Shown piece after piece: positions 1 to 13,054 of a DNA stretch of 27,885 nucleotides. The stretch spans positions 62,001-89,885 of the forward strand of contig KZ538262.1 in assembly GCA_000934665.2 (NCBI GenBank), in the 5' to 3' direction. Numbering within the stretch: position 1 is the stretch's first letter; each line of letters starts with the position of its first letter. The notes beneath the pieces are model-generated. The model did not search any database. It worked only from the letters and a program-made list of their open reading frames with translations, and had not been told where the DNA came from. This stretch comes from Catajapyx aquilonaris. Taxonomy: Eukaryota. The position numbers were made by a program, and so were the translations under genes.

Positions 1-3000
1 GGTCCCCCTCCTTTTTCCTCTTACGCATCACACGTGACCATACAGCATCCCCCACCACCACCTCTATATTGGGATCAACCACCCACAAACGTGCCAGTTG
101 GACCAATAGGTGCCTTCCCATTTCGGATGGCAAGGTGACCCGAGGTGTTCATCTTACATAAGTGACATGTAACTCCACCCGCGGACGATGGCCATGGTGT
201 AATGACACCAGCGATTATGTCGTCCTTGCACCTGCCCATGTTACATGAGCGAATTTCCGTTCCCCATCAAAAGCTAGCGTAACTAAAACTACAAACTCCA
301 CCCTCGAGTGACGCATAAACAATTGCAACCCATACATTGTTCATACTTTTTGATCAATCTGGCTCGAACCAATACCACAGGACCTTCAACCCTTCTGAAC
401 CTGTGGTCGACCCTGAATTTAGATAAATGGGAGGATGACATGGTACGACCTCATCCGCGTTCATCAACTGTCCTTCACCTCCAAATTGTCCTTGAAGGGA
501 TCGGTTCAGCCTCCAAAAAATGTGCCTATTGAACAAACCAGGTTGAAAGACCCTGACCCTCACCGACAAGGCTGGGAGGAAGGAAGGTTTACTTATTCGG
601 TTCTACAAGAACCTGCTTCAATTTTTTTTTTACCCCCCCTCCCATTCTCCTCAGTACACGAATGTTTTGCATTGACACCTGGCGAAGATGGCAGGAAGCT
701 CCTGGCACTGGAAACCCATAGGTCCACATCACCTCAAAACAGGCTCCAGTCTAGAGTAAAAGTCACCTGGCAGCATCTCTGGGATCCAGGTGAAAGCAAA
801 CTGAAAACGTGCAATCTCCATCCAACCCCCCTGGAGGGAAAGTCCACCTTCACTCTCGCTTCTTTCCCCTCCTCCACCTTTCTTCTTCTTTTTCCCCCCC
901 ATATCTTCCCTATCCTGTTCTGCACCGAGGATGAGGAAAAAGTGGCGCAACGAGACTCCAACTCTAAATAAACCCTGAAAATTACAAGGTGCGAGCCGTT
1001 GTGGAACCACGCAGGGATGACTTTTTCCGCAAGAACAAGATGGTCCACTTCACCTCATCCTCTACCACCGCAGGGTTGTAAGGACCCACTGTTCCGAACT
1101 GGTAGACATGGAAATAACCTCCTCTGGGACTCTTGCCGATTTTTGCACAACCCAGCCGTACAAATTCCGACCGAATCGAAACTGACCTAGGGAGGAATAG
1201 GTTTTACTGATAGATATCCCTCGCCGGTTACCCTTGACTTAACTGTGTTCTAGATAAACAATGTAGTGCACTAGGCTGAATTGGTGCGATCTGACCAAAC
1301 TTAGCAAGGACGACAAGTCTTGTGTCAACACGATTAGTTTGTTTTTTTTCTTTGGTCGCCTCCTAACCTTTGATCAGAAAGTTTAGCTGCCGTCACAAAC
1401 ATGCGATGTACACAACAAATTGGCGACATACATTTTCGCCAAACAATTATGGCGCCAATAAAAATTCTTTCTATTTAAGACGCCTTTTCACTAACCAGTG
1501 TCAAGCAACTTCTGTGGTTAGAGAAATTGGCCTAGAAATTGAGGAAAACGGCTACGATTTTTCTATACGTTGCTGAAGCAACGTAAAGCATCAACCTAAC
1601 CCATTGAAGGTCGCTCGCTAATTACCGATTCCATTTCAGAGATTCCACGGCATTTAACTACCGGTTGGTGTCAGCGTAACAACCAGAAATTACACCTGCG
1701 CCTAATTAAGCGCAATTATCCGGTTCCTCCCAGTACATAAAAAAAGAGCAGCTACCACAATACCTAGTTCTGAGAGCATATTTTAGGTGCTCCGAAAAGG
1801 AAATAAACGCTCACGGAGTAGAGTGCAATGCCTCTTGAATGGGTACGACCCTACCCTTACCTATAGTAAATTCACATGCCCCTTTTTTTGTGTGTGCCCC
1901 TGGTCCCCCCCCAACTCCTACCTCCCCCTTACTTTATAAGTAGCAGCGAACTACCTGCCCCGAGGCACAGGTAGAAAAATGGCAACCAGGTTGAAGTTTC
2001 GCAAAAGCAACACGACCACCTTGAGCTTGACTTCAGCATATTCTTGAGCAATTGGCACAAAAAATATGACGGGGTTAGCCATGAAAGTCCATATCTACGA
2101 ATCCTCCGATATTCCTCGAATTGTAGCACTTTCACTAGTCGCCACATTAGAGAGGTGGCCCTTACTTAGAGAGAGAAAAAAGGAGGACAAGGTGAGAAGT
2201 CCCTAATTTCTCTTCGAGACTCCAAAACTTCGTGAGCCCAATTCGCATGGCCAAAAAAAAAACCACCCTGCAATACAGTGCTTATTGTACTGGTCAGTGC
2301 GATTCTGCCCACAAAAATGGGGTTTCAATGTCAATGCTGTGCTTGCAGTATATACAATGCGAGAATCCGGAGGTGGGGACCACGCCTACCCGTGCATCCA
2401 GCTTAGAGAGATGGTGGAAAAAGCTGGTGAATGGAGGAATGTTTTTTATCTGGACATTGAATCCTGGGAGAGATTAGTGGCAGAATCCTCCCCCAGTCAA
2501 ATAGAGCGGAAGGGGTGAAAATCAGCACTCACGCAAACGTGCAGACAGATAAACGAACTGCTCTAATTCAGCTGGAAGAATATTTTGGCCTCCCAGGAGT
2601 CGCTAATTAAATTATATGGCAACCAATCCCCGCCTACGGGTTAACGCATGTCATTCAGGTGACCACCGGAAGAAACGCACGCAACACGCGAAGGTCAAAC
2701 TTCTTCCAGAATTTGGCCCTCTGGAAAAAAAAAAAACAACAGGAGGCGGAACAGGACATTGTTACCACCCCACATACGTACAAAGAAATAGGGTTTAAAG
2801 GCAAAAACTAAGTTGAATCAAGGTCTTGTCGACTTCCAGTTGGGTCTTATCTAAACTCAGCATCATGAGAGATGTTTGGGAACAGTGTGACTTGAAGGCG
2901 CGAATGAGACGGGAATCCCTTTCCCGTGACCCCTCCGACAAGACGCGTGTCAAAAGCATTTCGTGAGTCAACATTCGGTACTTCTCCGGAAATACCAAAA

Positions 3001-3127
3001 GTGCTGGAAATTCCCAGACCACAATTTGGTCTCCGGAGTGAGTGGGCAGGACCCCGCCCCGGGGCACTTTGGCGTCCTGCATGAAACCAGCGGTTGGTAA
3101 ATAACCCCCCTCTTCGTGATCTATTAC
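1..3127 (-). other. EcR: EcR intron between the B1 exon and the first common exon (continues beyond the window)
   Basis: It starts at the B1 donor. I found no REDLSP-type common exon or C4 zinc-finger sequence in 1-3127. Confidence 0.75.
3122..3127 (-). other. Splice donor of the EcR-B1 exon (CAG|GTAATA)
   Basis: CAG|GTAA occurs exactly where the B1-specific region ends, in the same phase as the A donor. Confidence 0.85.
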
Positions 3128-3473
3128 CTGATCCGGAACTGCTGGTGTCCGACCCGGACGCAGACACAGCCCTGGACACTGTCCGTCTGACCGGGGGCAA
3201 ACCAGCCCCTCGGAACGAACCGGAGGGACTCGCGTGCTGGGAGTTCAGATCCAAGTCCCAAAAGTCTAGGTACACCTCTCCCAGGTCGGAGGAGGCCAAG
3301 GAGGGCACCGGGCTCACTCCCGAGGACGATGCCGATGCGGAGGCGACGGTGCTTCGGACGCCGCTGCCCCCGGGCGGAGGAGGGGACGACGACAGGCCGT
3401 TCATGTGCCCCGGAGACGAAGAGGACACCTCCGGGGAGCCTTCGTCGCCCATGCTGCTGGCTTTGGGTCGCAT
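3128..3473 (-). CDS. EcR: Ecdysone receptor isoform B1-specific first coding exon (N-terminal A/B region), partial CDS; 5' end uncertain (frame open to 3683)
   Basis: The translation contains MGDEGSPEVSSSSP (S-rich motif), VSPVPSLASS, the DL-rich motif SDLGEVYLDFWDLDL (3290-3246) and SDTSSSGS before the donor TCA G|GTAATA (last exon base 3128, phase 1). This matches B1 isoforms, which continue into GREDLSP. The first in-frame ATGs are at 3473 and 3452. The ORF-track 'M' at 3683 is a GTG. Confidence 0.9.
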
Positions 3474-3683
3474 GGCCGCGGCGGGTATCACATGCACTGA
3501 GTACGGACCCAGCCGCTGTTGCTTCCTCAACGGCAGGGGAAGAAGACGCGGTGAGAGCAGTCGGCGCCGCACCTCGGGGCCGCCCTGGGGCCCGCCCCCG
3601 GTGGCGCCACTTCCACTACCACTTCCGCTGCCTCCACTGGTGCTAGCGATACTGTTACTGTCACTACCGTCTCCCCCATGCAC

Positions 3684-6600
3684 TTTGTCCTTCTCCAGCC
3701 TGAGCTCTTTAGCACTGACGACCGCCTGAACCAGCCCTTACCACTGTTGCAGACAACAACCACCACCGGCTCAGCTAAAGAGGTGCGCCGGCGGGAGGTT
3801 TCAATGTCAAACTTTCACTGGGGCACATGCAGTGGCTGGTTGGCTGGTAGGTCCAAACCGGAGGAGGAGGAGTGGGGGGAGAGCCCTCCACAACTACCAC
3901 CACCACCGCCAACCAAACCTACTCCACAACTTGCTCCGCCACTTGGCCGCGCAAAGGCCGCTGACTCGTGACGCAAGCAGCAGGTCTCTAACCTGCCAGT
4001 GAAAGTCCTCACTTTTCTTACTCTGGCCGAAGAAACGCCTCATGCCCAGATAGGGAGTCAGTAAACCAAGCTCCAGGTGAGGGATCCGGCGCCGGGAAGG
4101 ATCCAGGGGACTACCTACATAAGCCTTTACCACGACCTAACCTATCATTGTCGCCGATTCACCCTTGAAACACGACAAACAAGACCATGCTCTTCAACAA
4201 CAACAACTGCAGAATATCCCTAACCATAACACAGCTAGGCGCCGCACGTTAACGATACATTCCGTAAAGGCAGATATCAAGTAAGCAAATAACATCAACA
4301 GATCACTCGCAGTCCAATTACCCACCAGTGCACCACAGACATACACCCTTTAAAGATCATTTTAAAAATTAAAAGTGAAAAAAAAAATATTTGCGAACTC
4401 TCTAGATCCTATCCTGAGTCTGATCCACCAGCTTTGTTCAGGTATTCACTCAGCTGGGTTCAACACACTTTCCTAGTTTCCCATTCACCTTGTAAGAAAA
4501 TAGCCTCAAAGAGGGGCCTGTTGGACGGGTTGTTTCGACCAACCATCAGCCCGGGGTTCATTACCATTGGTTATTAGGCAGTCCCAGACCTACCTCCACC
4601 AGTCTGCTCGCCAAAAGAATGCAAAAAAGGAGGAGGGGTGTATTTAAGCAGGACCGACCTCCTTCTCTCCAACCCCCACAGATTTTTACACATGAGGTCA
4701 AGCTCCCTCCCCCACAAACACAGGTACGGACAACAAAAAAATTGTACTACTAACGAGCACATATTTTTTTTGGCCCCCAAACTTACACATGAGTAGACTC
4801 GCGGTGGTATACGCGTCTGTCGGTTCGACTGTGCCCCAGCCTAAAGGGAGATGGGGAAAACATGCTCAGGTCAATGTGACAAAAACAAGTGATGCATATA
4901 CACATGGAGTTAAGTGGGGGCAAAGTGGTTCATTCGTCATTGCAGCATTCAAGTCTCCGTGCTTCATTTTAATCAGGTACTCGGAGAAGAAGAAAAAAAC
5001 ATGCAGTTCACAAATTATAGCGATTATTATCAGTGACATTTTGTATCCAAATCATCACCATTAGTTGGTCGCTGTGGGGTTCTGCCAATGACTTATGATA
5101 ATTCGGAGACGCCGATTTGATAGCAATAAGCGACAGGATGTGGCCCAATGATTTAATGCATTCGGAATTTGAAAGGCTTATGAAAAAATTATGTAACATC
5201 GCTTATCCTGCAGGCACATTCATGCAGTTATATTCCCGAGAGCTCTCAAAGACCAAGCCGCTTTATGCCTCATAACGTTTTTTTATCCGATGCATTTGCA
5301 TGGCGAAAAAGGGGGGGAGGTATAGGTAACATTTCCCTCCCCGGAACAATGATTCACACCGTGATTTTAATGCATTGTATATAATATTGATTTCCGGCCG
5401 TCTCGGTGGTTTGGCGGAATTAAAAGGGGTCAACCGACAATCGGAATCACAAAGCAGAACCACCAAAGCAATGCCAGAAATACACGATGCAACTCTTCTC
5501 TAAACAGATGCAAACATTATTCCTTTTGTCACATTTCCAAAACGGACGCGATGTCCAACCCCAAGTCGTAACGGGGTGTCCAATAAGGAGTGGCGAAACA
5601 GACAACCTTCCCTTTCTGCCTCGTCTTGACCTATCAGAATATGTTTATCACCCCGATATTATGACAATACTGTATAATTATTTAATATGAATGCGAATAA
5701 AAGTTTGACGAGTACGTTTTTCCCCCCCTACAATATTATTGAGAACGTTGAAGCCTTCACTTTCTGGCTTGTGTTGACCTCGGCGTTGCCATATCCACAT
5801 ATTACACCACAGGCAGCGATAATCTTTCAATGTTTACCCACTGGTATAGATACCGCGATGAATTCTGATCGCCAATGTACACGGAACATATAGAACCTTG
5901 AATTCAGACTTATGTCTGGTCACGACCATAGCCTTTTATTTTTTCCCAACTCACATGTGACGACGGTGCATTTCTCCCAGCATTATGCAAATCACATCCG
6001 TGCAAAACCCTAACCTACCCCGCAGCGTCCGATCATCTATTCTTCTACTTATACAGCCCCGATGTCCATCAGTTATAAATCACAGTCGGTTAACCCACGT
6101 CCAAAAAGCCATGATTAACATCGTTTTATTATCTACTCGTGAAGAACCATCTGGCTCCAGACGCTGGCAAGCTGTCGAGATACGGCATGCTACATGCTGC
6201 GTATTCCTGCCCAGCACTACTGGGGTTTGCAAGAAGGCTGAAAAAAATATATATTCCTGGTGGACCTAGGTTCCTAGGGAACTGTAGCACCCCCTTTTTT
6301 AGAGAGGGGCTGCGGGCAAACCCCCCCCCCCNCCCGTCCAAATGCGCGGAACGTGACAACCGTATCCAAAAGCCGGCCCGGGGCAGTCACGCCAAACTCT
6401 TTTGCCCAGCGCCAGCAATCCTCCTGATTACATTTTATGGCCGCCATTTTCTGCATCCCTCTAGGCCCGGGAGTGGGAGATAAAACCGAGTAAGTCCAAG
6501 CTCCAAAAACATGGAAAATTTTTGCCCTAATGGCACCAATTGAAAGCTATGCGTTAGAATTTGGTTAACAAAAAGGGGCGCCCATTGCACAAGAAACAGG

Positions 6601-9600
6601 TTCCAGCTCGGGACAAACCAAGGACACACATGTCAATTGAAAAAATATATATTCCTCCAAAACCCGTTTCTCGCGGCATCGGATGACGGCAGGGAGACCA
6701 CCGCAAAATGTGCATTCGCAAGAGGTCAACTCCGATCAGCCTTCGCCAGGTCGGATCCAACGCAGGTGCGAAAAACAGAATTCAAAACCAGTCCAACCTG
6801 CTCGAAAAACCCAAGGCCCACCCATTAAAAAAAAAACAACAACAACAAGGTGGATGAAAACGATTTAAAAGTCGCCTGATCCACTGACATATTCGATCCC
6901 ATTTTGAACGAAAATTCCAGTTGCATTTAAAAGTGCAGTAGGTAAAGGGAATGTAGCATTTAAAAAACAGGCATAAAAAGGAGGTAAAGTTGTGCGCACC
7001 TGCTTCACCCACCTTTATACCCCCGCCAGCTCCACGTGGCACAACCGACCCCAACCCCACCCTCACCCCAACCCAAACCCTTAAAAAAAATCATTCCCCG
7101 AGACAAGGTGAAGGTCGCCCGAAAAGGACCCCCAAAAACCTACCGGTTCCCGGACCCCACAAAAAAACACCCGTAAAAAATATATATGTAGGTTACAGAG
7201 ACAGGCTGAAAAAAAAAATTATCAGCATCCACGTGCCTATACTAGCCCCTTCCTCCATTGGATATCCGGTCATTACGTGGAGGAGAGCCCATTTTCAGCA
7301 TTCCTCAGCATCCGATAACAAGTCCACGTGTTTGTTTCACGACGCATTACCAAAACTCCAATTAACATTAATTCTTTATAAACCCAACACAAGGTCACTT
7401 ACTAGTGCTTCTAACCTATGGATAACCAAACGCGCACATTTTGCAGTACCATCCGCACCATCCGAAAAACAATTGCTCCATTGTTGCTATTCGCGGAAAA
7501 GGACCTGGATTTTCTGCTGCTGCCAAGAGATGTGGCCCAGTGCCACACGTCTTACCCCGCCAAAGAGGGGGGGGGGGGGTGGAAGTTGCCAGGCTACTTC
7601 CGTCTGTTCNNNNNNNNNNNNNCCCCCCCCCCCCCCTCCATCCCCCAATTAAAAAAAAATTACGCTCGAACATTAATTTTTGCAACTAATCCTCAGGTTG
7701 TTAGCTCCCGTCTGGAGAGCGGATGTCAATATTTGATTCCTGTTCTTTCACCTTCCCAGCCGCCTGTTTGGCAGGTTTCCATCACGCCCACAATTCCCTT
7801 GGCCCACCGCCCTCGTCTCATCTTCACAATCTGGCAACCCTGCTGCAGTGTTGCCACCCATTTTTTTGTACAAATATTACGTCCAGCNNNNNNCCCCCCC
7901 CCCCCCCTCACCGACCTTCACCTTCCTCTTCCATTTTATCTCCCAATCACACTCCCAAACTTTCTCTTCCACGCGCTAATTTCAGGGCGATATTTTTAAT
8001 TCCGCAGATGAAAGGGAGAAAGCAGAGCGGACCTCTCTAAGCTGCAACTTTTGGCGGCTCGACCTACTAATTAAAATCTCCCCGGGGAGAATCAGGGGAA
8101 AGGAGGACGCTGACCTCCATTTTGGATCCGAATTCGAAAATTTTTCACCCTCACTTTTTTTTCCCCCTTCCATGCAGGTATGTTCCTGTCGAACATCCTG
8201 CAATTTTTACTTTTTTTAAAAAGCTGTTTCCGGCCTTGAACTTGTCTACAGTACGGAATTTCTGAGGTCATATCCAAAGCCTTTTCCTTTTCCTCGGCAG
8301 TGAAACCGTGTGATTACACCAGCGCCACCTGCCGCCAACTTCAAGAATTCTTCCCCAGACGATCCTTTCCTTTTCATTTTTTTCACCCCCTACTCACTAA
8401 TCGCCTACGCGCACCTGATTGCGCAAGTGAACGTAATTAAAGGATTGGTTAATGACCGAAAAAAATTGTGCGCTCAAGGTAAAGATACATGTTATTTTTT
8501 TGTGCTTCCCGAACTAGTTCCTTTGCCTTTTTTTGATTAATTTATTGCAAATAGCAGAAGGCTAAATCATTAGTCTCGGAGAATGCAGGCATCTTCCCAA
8601 GGTCGTGTTTGTTCGCATGGGGCACAAGAGGATGAGAGAGGCCTGCCGTCGAGGGGGTCAAGGGGCCCCTGACCTTCTCCAACTACAAACTTACATTCTT
8701 GTCCCTATGCCAAACTGCGACCCTCAAAATAGAAGCTCCCAACTTTGAGCCATGTATATAAAAACGCACTTTTTTCACATCTATCTGCCACGGCCTACTA
8801 GGCGGATTCCCCAAGATGGCCGCCCGACTCATCTATTTCCATATCACGCAATATTTATTCAAATACGGCCCTCCCGCGCATCTGCACCACACACGAAGCG
8901 ACATGAAGGTCACATATAACAATGTTATTGCTGTTAGCTGCAACAATCCAAATGCGCATTGGTAACGCTCCTTACTAGCTGAACTATTGCAACAAGTTGA
9001 GCTCTGCTACTTTTTTAATGTACATATTAATACATAATAATTTATTCTGCAATGTAACTTCATACAATACACACGTAAGTACTTAATAACCTCCATGCTA
9101 AACAAACACCGTGTCTATTTTGACATATGCATGTCGTGCATTGCATGGGAGGTGGGGGCTGGGGGAGAGGGGGGGGGTCGGTTTCGCTAGATGCCCCCTC
9201 CCCTCCCCCTGCCCGCTCTCCTGTAAGGTCACCTTCGCCAAAATAAATTGCATGGCGTGTAGGCTGGCGCTCCATTCACATGACCTCCCCCAAGAGCAGG
9301 GCCTATACAGGATGCATTTTTTCCCCGCGCCTCCCACACTCTTCATTAGTCTATTTTTTGTTGTTGTTGCCAACTACTTCCACCTGTGAGCACATATCGC
9401 ACGCAAGTTCATGGACAGGTTTTAAATACGGTTCCAGCAATGCCAAGGGTGGGTTTCAAGTCCACTTTTATTTTTCTTCTTCTACAAACTCCCTGGAGGA
9501 GTTAGGATGTCGCAATTTGGCCTAAGAGGTGAAAGTGGTTCTTTTCAGTCAAGGGCGTGCTAGCCCACTTTCCATCACGTGAATTAAAAAAAAACAACAA

Positions 9601-12600
9601 ACACTTTTCACATACACGAGAGAGAGGATGAAAGTTACGCCCTACTGTCCCATTTTATCCCCCCCGCACTTCATCGGGTAAACTCACTTTCCATGCCTTC
9701 TGATTAATACGGATAAGATACCCCGCAAACATGGCGACCATGCTTTTTTCCCCACCTCAAGGTCCCTGAAGAGGAAGCTATTTTTAACGCCAACTCTACC
9801 TTTGCAAATTCCAGTGACGTCACTCTTTTTTTTTCGGCACTGAGAGGATAGGGTTTGGCGATTGCGTGTCGTGACCTATCCAAAAATGGGGCCTGTTGAC
9901 CACCGCTTCCTGTCCACTGACGCGGCTAAAACCGTGGAAATGGCAAAAAAAAAAGGGGGGGGGATGCCCACCGAGCGTGTCCGGCGACAGCCAATTTTTG
10001 AGAGAATTTTGCCGCAGGATTCGTGTGTCCCACCCCGTACCTTGCTAATATTACGAGCCTGTCCTTGAACCTCGAGGTTGGACTTTGGTTGCAAAACCAG
10101 CGGAAGTACGCTACGTGGATGTTTCTGTGGATGGAAGTCGCCATCCGTGCCCTGATAACCTGTTCCAGACCATGAAGCTACACATGGAAAAAAGGGTGTA
10201 CAGAGCACAATTCCACGAAACGTTTGCTGGCAAAGGGACGAGTTCTCACAGCCGCAAAAAAAATTCGCGAAAGTGAAATAAATTTTCCTCTTGAGATGAT
10301 CTGAAGCTTGAGGCTGGTTTGACAACCTTGTTACTCACATACCATGTATATCAATGGACTGCAACTGTGGGATTGATTGCAGTGGATTGTTTGCCTGTTA
10401 CTAAGGTAACATGTTCAAAACCTCATTCCAAAGTTAGCATTGGTATCTCTTCAAATCTGCATGAGGTCACCTACATGAAAATTCCATAATTTCCAGCAAT
10501 CTTGACGAAAAAAAAAAAAGCCAGCAGCTACCCAAACAAACCTTTACCCCCATTCGCTAATCTAGCAACATCGCTAACAAAAACTGTCTCGAAAATATTA
10601 ATTAATCTCACTTTTTTTATCATCCCTTGGCTGAATGGAAACAACGAGATGTTCAACAACCCGACGAGTGCTTCGCAGATTAAGAGGGTAGGAGGGACCC
10701 CCGTCTAGATACAGAAATAGCTCTCATATCAGCCCCGTCCCAGTGCAAAATATGAGATTATCCCCTCTAATCAGGGGCGAAAAACTACGCCTCGATCCAT
10801 TCCGGCAAAGTCTGTTCGAAAAAACCCGCACTATTCCATCCCCATCTAGTTGCGGCCCGAGTGGAGAGATGGCGCCGCCGCCTTGCTGTGCTTCTAGGTC
10901 GTACACCTTGGTCGTCTCAAGGTCACTAGCTCATTCCTCCAGCGGAACAGATGCTGGGGGGTGACGGAGGTGGAGACTCAGCAGTGGGTGGGATGCACAA
11001 AATGCCCCCCCCCCCTCCCCACTACCCTGAAATCGCATGCATCCCTGCTCTATCGCAATACTGCTGCCATCTACCCCCACTTCAAACAACCCAACCGCAC
11101 AAATCATTTTAAACCAACTATAAAAATGTGGATAAATCTCCCCCGGAGCATAATCACCCGCCTGACTCCTTATCTAATCCGTAAACGGCACAAAAGTGTG
11201 TGAAAACAACGATTTGGTGCACTGAAAATGTGGGGAGGGTTAAAGTGCTCTCATTTTCAAGGACGATCGGACAATCACCTTTTTTTACCCTCTCTATATA
11301 CACTCCATATTATTTACACTGACTCACTGCATTGATACCCTTGATAGACATTGATTAGTTTGTGATTTTGATTCCATTTCTGCCTCAGGGGGGGGGGNGT
11401 TTTTCAATCCATTTCTAAAGGGGGGGCTTCTATGGGGTGTTTCATTGCGCGCGCTGTGCAGGGTGGGCGTTAAATATCGACTTTTAGGAGGCCGGATCGA
11501 TCGAGCTGACCCGGATAGATCGGTTCAATGTCAATGCTCCCGGACTGACGTCACTAGCCCACTGACATTGCCACGGTCGACGATCTGGGCTCCCCGTCTT
11601 AAATGCGGCGATGATGAAAAAAAAAAGGTGACGAGCCATCACACTTCTTAAGGTGACGTCTAATCCTGTCCTTCACCTTCAAAAGTGTGACACACTCCGG
11701 TGATTCGCAAACTGGGATTAATTAAGCCGGCTTTGTAATCACGGCTCTTATGCTGCGTTAGAAGCGATCTTAATTAAAATCTGGTCCTCAGGCTGAATGT
11801 GGCGCTAACTACAGGGGTTTGCAAAAATTGGCCACACGGAAAGACGATTTCTCACTGCGACCTGTGAAGTTTCAAGTATGGTAAACCCCGAAGAGTATTA
11901 ATCACACTGACAATTCGGCCTTGAAGCCGCCATTTTTTTCCCGCTCATCCAACAAGTCTTGAAAGGCTCACCGAGGAGTGAAGCATTTGTAACGTTCATT
12001 TAGGACCTCTTTTGTTGGCTCGGTTAGCAAAAGCTGACAGGGCGGTGTGAAAAACCGGATCCCAAATCTATCCAAAGAAAAAACCTAGCAAAGCATCCGA
12101 ACTTCGCCTGTTCGCAGGGCTGCTGACCCTTTAGGCGTTTGCCATTGATCGCTTCCTAAGTGGCCAATGAAAAGGCCAAAGTTCTGCACTAAACTCCGGC
12201 GGATGTTGCACGTCTTTTTTCTCTCTATTTTCCGATTTTTTTTAAACAAAACAAGGCGCTTCCTGGGGCAGGTTGCGAAAACCGATGTGGAAAGCAAACT
12301 CGAGTGGTGGAGTAAAAAATTGTTTGCAAGAGCACAGAACTGTCATGCAAAAACAAATTTGCACTTGGCCTTGAATCAGGCACGGCTGGAGATAATACGG
12401 ACTAGAAATAGCTCTCGTTGGTTATGAGCCACCCCGCCCCCTCACGTAATTCGTCCCCAAGGTTCGTCCACACAACTTTTGTGTACATTTTTAATCACCC
12501 CAGGCTCTACCATTTGACCAAAACGTTCTCGCTAAAAATACCGATCCGAATGAACAACCCCCACACACCTATTCAAGCATTCAACGCACATGTATGGAAC

Positions 12601-13054
12601 CGGACTCGTATTTCTCCCTTTGCCGCTAAACGCACCCCTCACTTTGACAATTTCGTGCACATAAACAAGTCGGCATGAAATACATCTGCATCACAAAAGG
12701 GGAATTAGTCTCACTTGTCTTCGGCCCACAAATACGCCGTCAATTTCCTACAAGCTCGGATTTAACTGCGCAGAAGTTTCGTCCATTCGGTAAAAATACA
12801 TAAGTATGCAAGTCAGCAGTCTCTCTACCCCCCAACCATCCCCACCTTATACCCACTGCCCCGAAATAAATCAGGAAGTGCAGGGCGATTAAATATCACT
12901 TCAGGGACGCGGGTTCAATTCCAGACGGGATGCAGGAGCAAGGTCAGTAGGTGATCGAATACAAATCGAATGCCATCGGAGGGCTGTGTGCAATGTATAG
13001 CTTGAATACCGCACTGGACCCAAAAATAGCGTGTGTATATATGTGTATACTTAC
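3684..13054 (-). promoter_or_regulatory. EcR-A intron expected to contain the B1 promoter/5' leader and enhancers
   Basis: It lies between the two alternative first coding exons, and arthropod EcR A and B isoforms use separate promoters. It contains many AGGTCA half-sites, two full CREs and a TCAAGGTCA site. The TSS cannot be located from sequence alone. Confidence 0.55.
13049..13054 (-). other. Splice donor of the EcR-A exon (GTAAGT)
   Basis: Consensus GTAAGT occurs exactly where the A-specific region ends (after NGKL). Confidence 0.9.

Noticed and set aside
435..971. 178-aa ORF
   Set aside because: No recognisable motifs, it contains low-complexity pyrimidine runs, and it lies antisense within the EcR intron.
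2847..3127. C-terminal part of the 278-aa ORF
   Set aside because: It lies after the B1 splice donor and is intron read-through with no EcR similarity. A retained-intron product is not supported.
3094..3729. 211-aa plus-strand ORF (and 3329-3646)
   Set aside because: Antisense shadow of the GC-rich B1 exon, low complexity, with no recognisable domain.
6990..7999. 220-aa and 193-aa ORFs
   Set aside because: They span N gaps and homopolymers, and their composition reflects C/A runs, not protein.
11522..11540. GGTTCAATGTCAATGCTCC, with similar TTCAATGTCAA at ~2325 and ~3800, resembling the hsp27 EcRE
   Set aside because: The second half-site deviates too far from the IR1 consensus to call, and the recurrence is short enough to be chance.
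12905..12934. B-box-like GGGTTCAATTCC followed by ...ATGCA, reminiscent of a tRNA 3' half or SINE head
   Set aside because: There is no A-box, the T-stem pairs poorly and no cloverleaf can be built. At most a decayed fragment.
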